64,000 nucleotides of DNA from Utricularia gibba. Its lineage: Eukaryota; Plantae; Magnoliophyta. Numbering within the stretch: the first letter of the stretch is position 1; each line of letters opens with the position of its first letter. A program made the translations under genes and the position numbers. Under the pieces are notes generated by a model that was not told the DNA's origin, ran no database searches, and worked only from the letters and a program-made list of their open reading frames with translations. The stretch covers positions 2,170,001 to 2,234,000 of the forward strand of contig NEEC01000017.1 of NCBI GenBank assembly GCA_002189035.1, written 5' to 3'. Below, piece by piece: positions 61,911 through 64,000 of this stretch.

Positions 61911-64000
61911 TTATGTCTGCAACATGTAGTTCCTGGTTCGTGTACAGAAAAAGGAGCCAACAACTATGGCAAAGAAACTAATGGATGCACTGAGGCAGAA
62001 AACTCCCGATGATAATGAATTGCTTTGAAGCTCATAATCTTCTATCATCTTCCCGCTGCATTCTCCAGTAGTGTTCTCCAAACACATCCCTGGATTTCCT
62101 ACGAGGGCGGTGGGGAACCTTGTGAACCCTTGCCCAATCGGAACTACACCTGAAAGGCAGTTAAATGACAGATTCAAGAGCACCAAGGTTCCAAGGCTCA
62201 GATTGTTGTCTTCAACAGGGCCAGAGAACAAATTGTGCGACAAATCAAGGAACCTAAGACTCTGCATCTTACTGAACTCCCCGGGAAGTCTTCCGGACAG
62301 AAAGTTGTAAGACAGGTTCAGGTACTCGAGGCCTGGCCATCTCAAAAGTCCTGGAGGTATTTCACCGAACATCGAGTTATCAGAGATATCAACTCCGATT
62401 ACAGTTGAGAGCTTGTAATTGAAGATCAGCTCATGTTCATCGGAGATGGTCACAGAAATCTGTATCTTTGAATCAGTAGAAGGGGGAAAGAGGCTAAATT
62501 CATGAGCTCCGGAAATGTGGTTTAAGTTCTGAGACACATCGAAGTTGGTTGCTGGCAAGTACCCGGTGAAGTTGTTGGCTGAAAGATCGATTGTTTGGAG
62601 GGATTCAAATGTGAAAAGCCAGCCAGGAACAGCCCCACTGAATTTGTTGTGTGAAAGAGAGAGTGACCGAAGTTTAGACCACTTCGTCACAGCGTCATTA
62701 AGGGTGCCTGAGAGATTGTTAAAGCTCAAATCCACAACCTCCAGAGACTTGCATCCTGCAAAGGTGAGAGGGATCTCCCCTGAAATCTGGTTGTTACTCA
62801 AGTCCAAGATTTGCAAACTATCCAGTGCATCAAGCTCCGGAGGAATCTCTGCCGACAGCTGGTTATTGTTCAGCTTCAACGCTAGCAACTGAAAGCAGCC
62901 AACAATTGTTGAAGGTACAGAGCCTGATAATGAGTTGTATGAAAGATCAATCACTTGAAGATAGTTCATATTTCCAATCCCCTCTGGTATCACGCCCGTC
63001 AGATGATTATTTGACAGAAGCAAAGCTTCTAGACTCTTCAACTCTGTCAAACCTGAAGGAATATCACCTGTAAGCTGGTTGTTTGACAGGTCAAGGAGCA
63101 GAAGGCCGGATTTTTCAGGCGCCCCAACAAATGCTCTCGGAATTCTTCCTGTCAGGTGATTGAAACTCAAATCCAAGCCCAGCAATGTCTCCGAGAGCAC
63201 CAATCTCGGAGAAATACCGTATTCTAGCTCATTTCTTGACAAGTTGAGCAACCTCAAGGAACCGCACCTAGAAATGCAAGATGGGATTCCTCCCATGATG
63301 GAGTTATTCGCCAGATTGAGCACCGAAAGATGCTCCGACGATGCCTGGAAACATGGTAGCGTTCCAGATAATGCATTGGATTCAAGGTTCAGATGCACCA
63401 GAGGCTGATGAAAGTCACCTAGAATCCCAGTGATAAGATTGTGGGATAAATCCAAGAAACGTAGCGATGTGCCAGCATACAAGCTCACCGGAATCTGCCC
63501 ATAAAAGCCATTGAATCCCAGATTCAGTCTCTGAAGCTTCCTCGAGAAATCGCCAATCCAAGTAGGCACTTGTCCAGTAAGCTTGTTATGACCAAGATCA
63601 AGGTCTGTCAACTCGTCAAGTTTCAATATGGGATGTGGGAATTCACCTCCTATTGCATTGTAACTGAGGTCCAAGATTCTGAGGTTCCTCAGCTGAGTGA
63701 AGCACGACGGAAGGGAGCCATTGAAGGCGTTGTGCGATAAAATTAGGGTTTCGAGAAGGGAAAGTGTGCAAAGAGAGTCCCCGGAAATAGGGCCAGACAA
63801 GGCGAAAGCAGTGAGATTAAGAGCAACCACCCGGTTGTTAAGCGGCGAGAGTGTGACGCCCGCCCATTCTGCGGCGTCGTCGTCACGGTTCCAGCTCGAT
63901 AACGTGTGCAGAGGGTCCTGTAGATGAGATTTGAAGCTCCGAAGTGCCGCCTTCTCGTCTGGGTGAAGGCGAAAGCCTCTCACGAGACCCGTCTCAGACA
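61911..64000 (-). CDS. CLV2: CLAVATA2 LRR receptor-like protein, 5'-truncated by the window edge
   Basis: Single exon, open to base 64000; LHPDEKAAL, LGDFHQPLVHLNL, YGISPRLVLSE, EKSGLLLLDLS, IVGCFQLLAL, PELDALDSL, VTKWSKL, island DEHELIFNY, TM segment and short tail RTRNYMLQT; no kinase domain. Confidence 0.93.
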   Translation of the reverse strand, partial: SETGLVRGFRLHPDEKAALRSFKSHLQDPLHTLSSWNRDDDAAEWAGVTLSPLNNRVVALNLTAFALSGPISGDSLCTLSLLETLILSHNAFNGSLPSCFTQLRNLRILDLSYNAIGGEFPHPILKLDELTDLDLGHNKLTGQVPTWIGDFSRKLQRLNLGFNGFYGQIPVSLYAGTSLRFLDLSHNLITGILGDFHQPLVHLNLESNALSGTLPCFQASSEHLSVLNLANNSIMGGIPSCISRCGSLRLLNLSRNELEYGISPRLVLSETLLGLDLSFNHLTGRIPRAFVGAPEKSGLLLLDLSNNQLTGDIPSGLTELKSLEALLLSNNHLTGVIPEGIGNMNYLQVIDLSYNSLSGSVPSTIVGCFQLLALKLNNNQLSAEIPPELDALDSLQILDLSNNQISGEIPLTFAGCKSLEVVDLSFNNLSGTLNDAVTKWSKLRSLSLSHNKFSGAVPGWLFTFESLQTIDLSANNFTGYLPATNFDVSQNLNHISGAHEFSLFPPSTDSKIQISVTISDEHELIFNYKLSTVIGVDISDNSMFGEIPPGLLRWPGLEYLNLSYNFLSGRLPGEFSKMQSLRFLDLSHNLFSGPVEDNNLSLGTLVLLNLSFNCLSGVVPIGQGFTRFPTALVGNPGMCLENTTGECSGKMIEDYELQSNSLSSGVFCLSASISFFAIVVGSFFCTRTRNYMLQT

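Overview
Plant (eudicot-like) nuclear DNA, very gene-dense: about 22-23 protein-coding genes plus one tRNA-Ser(CGA) in 64 kb, most introns 60-110 nt, no recognisable transposon. Gene order: GUX-type GT8, threonine synthase, MIS12, hexokinase, plastid NADP-malic enzyme, tRNA-Ser, golgin GC5/TMF, CURT1C, two tandem small secreted-peptide genes, kinesin-13B, BAC2, Hsp70-14/15 (Hsp110), CENP-C, RIO2, ISS1/VAS1, MOT2, NTT, an ABRE-driven LEA-like gene, an unresolved gene-like segment, TTM3, an uncharacterised conserved protein, TGD3, and CLV2 (runs off the window edge). Exons were traced by hand from GT/AG sites and family motifs recalled from memory; no database search was run. Most interesting: (1) a tandem pair of secreted two-cysteine peptide genes with CTNIP/SCREW-like features but a 23-residue Cys-Cys loop; (2) a ~260-bp tandem triplication plus a recent 78-bp duplication inside CENP-C; (3) six frame breaks in five genes, each repaired by adding one base to a short G/C run, which most likely means systematic homopolymer errors in the assembly rather than pseudogenes; (4) a hairpin-rich, ORF-less transcription unit at 9.4-10.3 kb.
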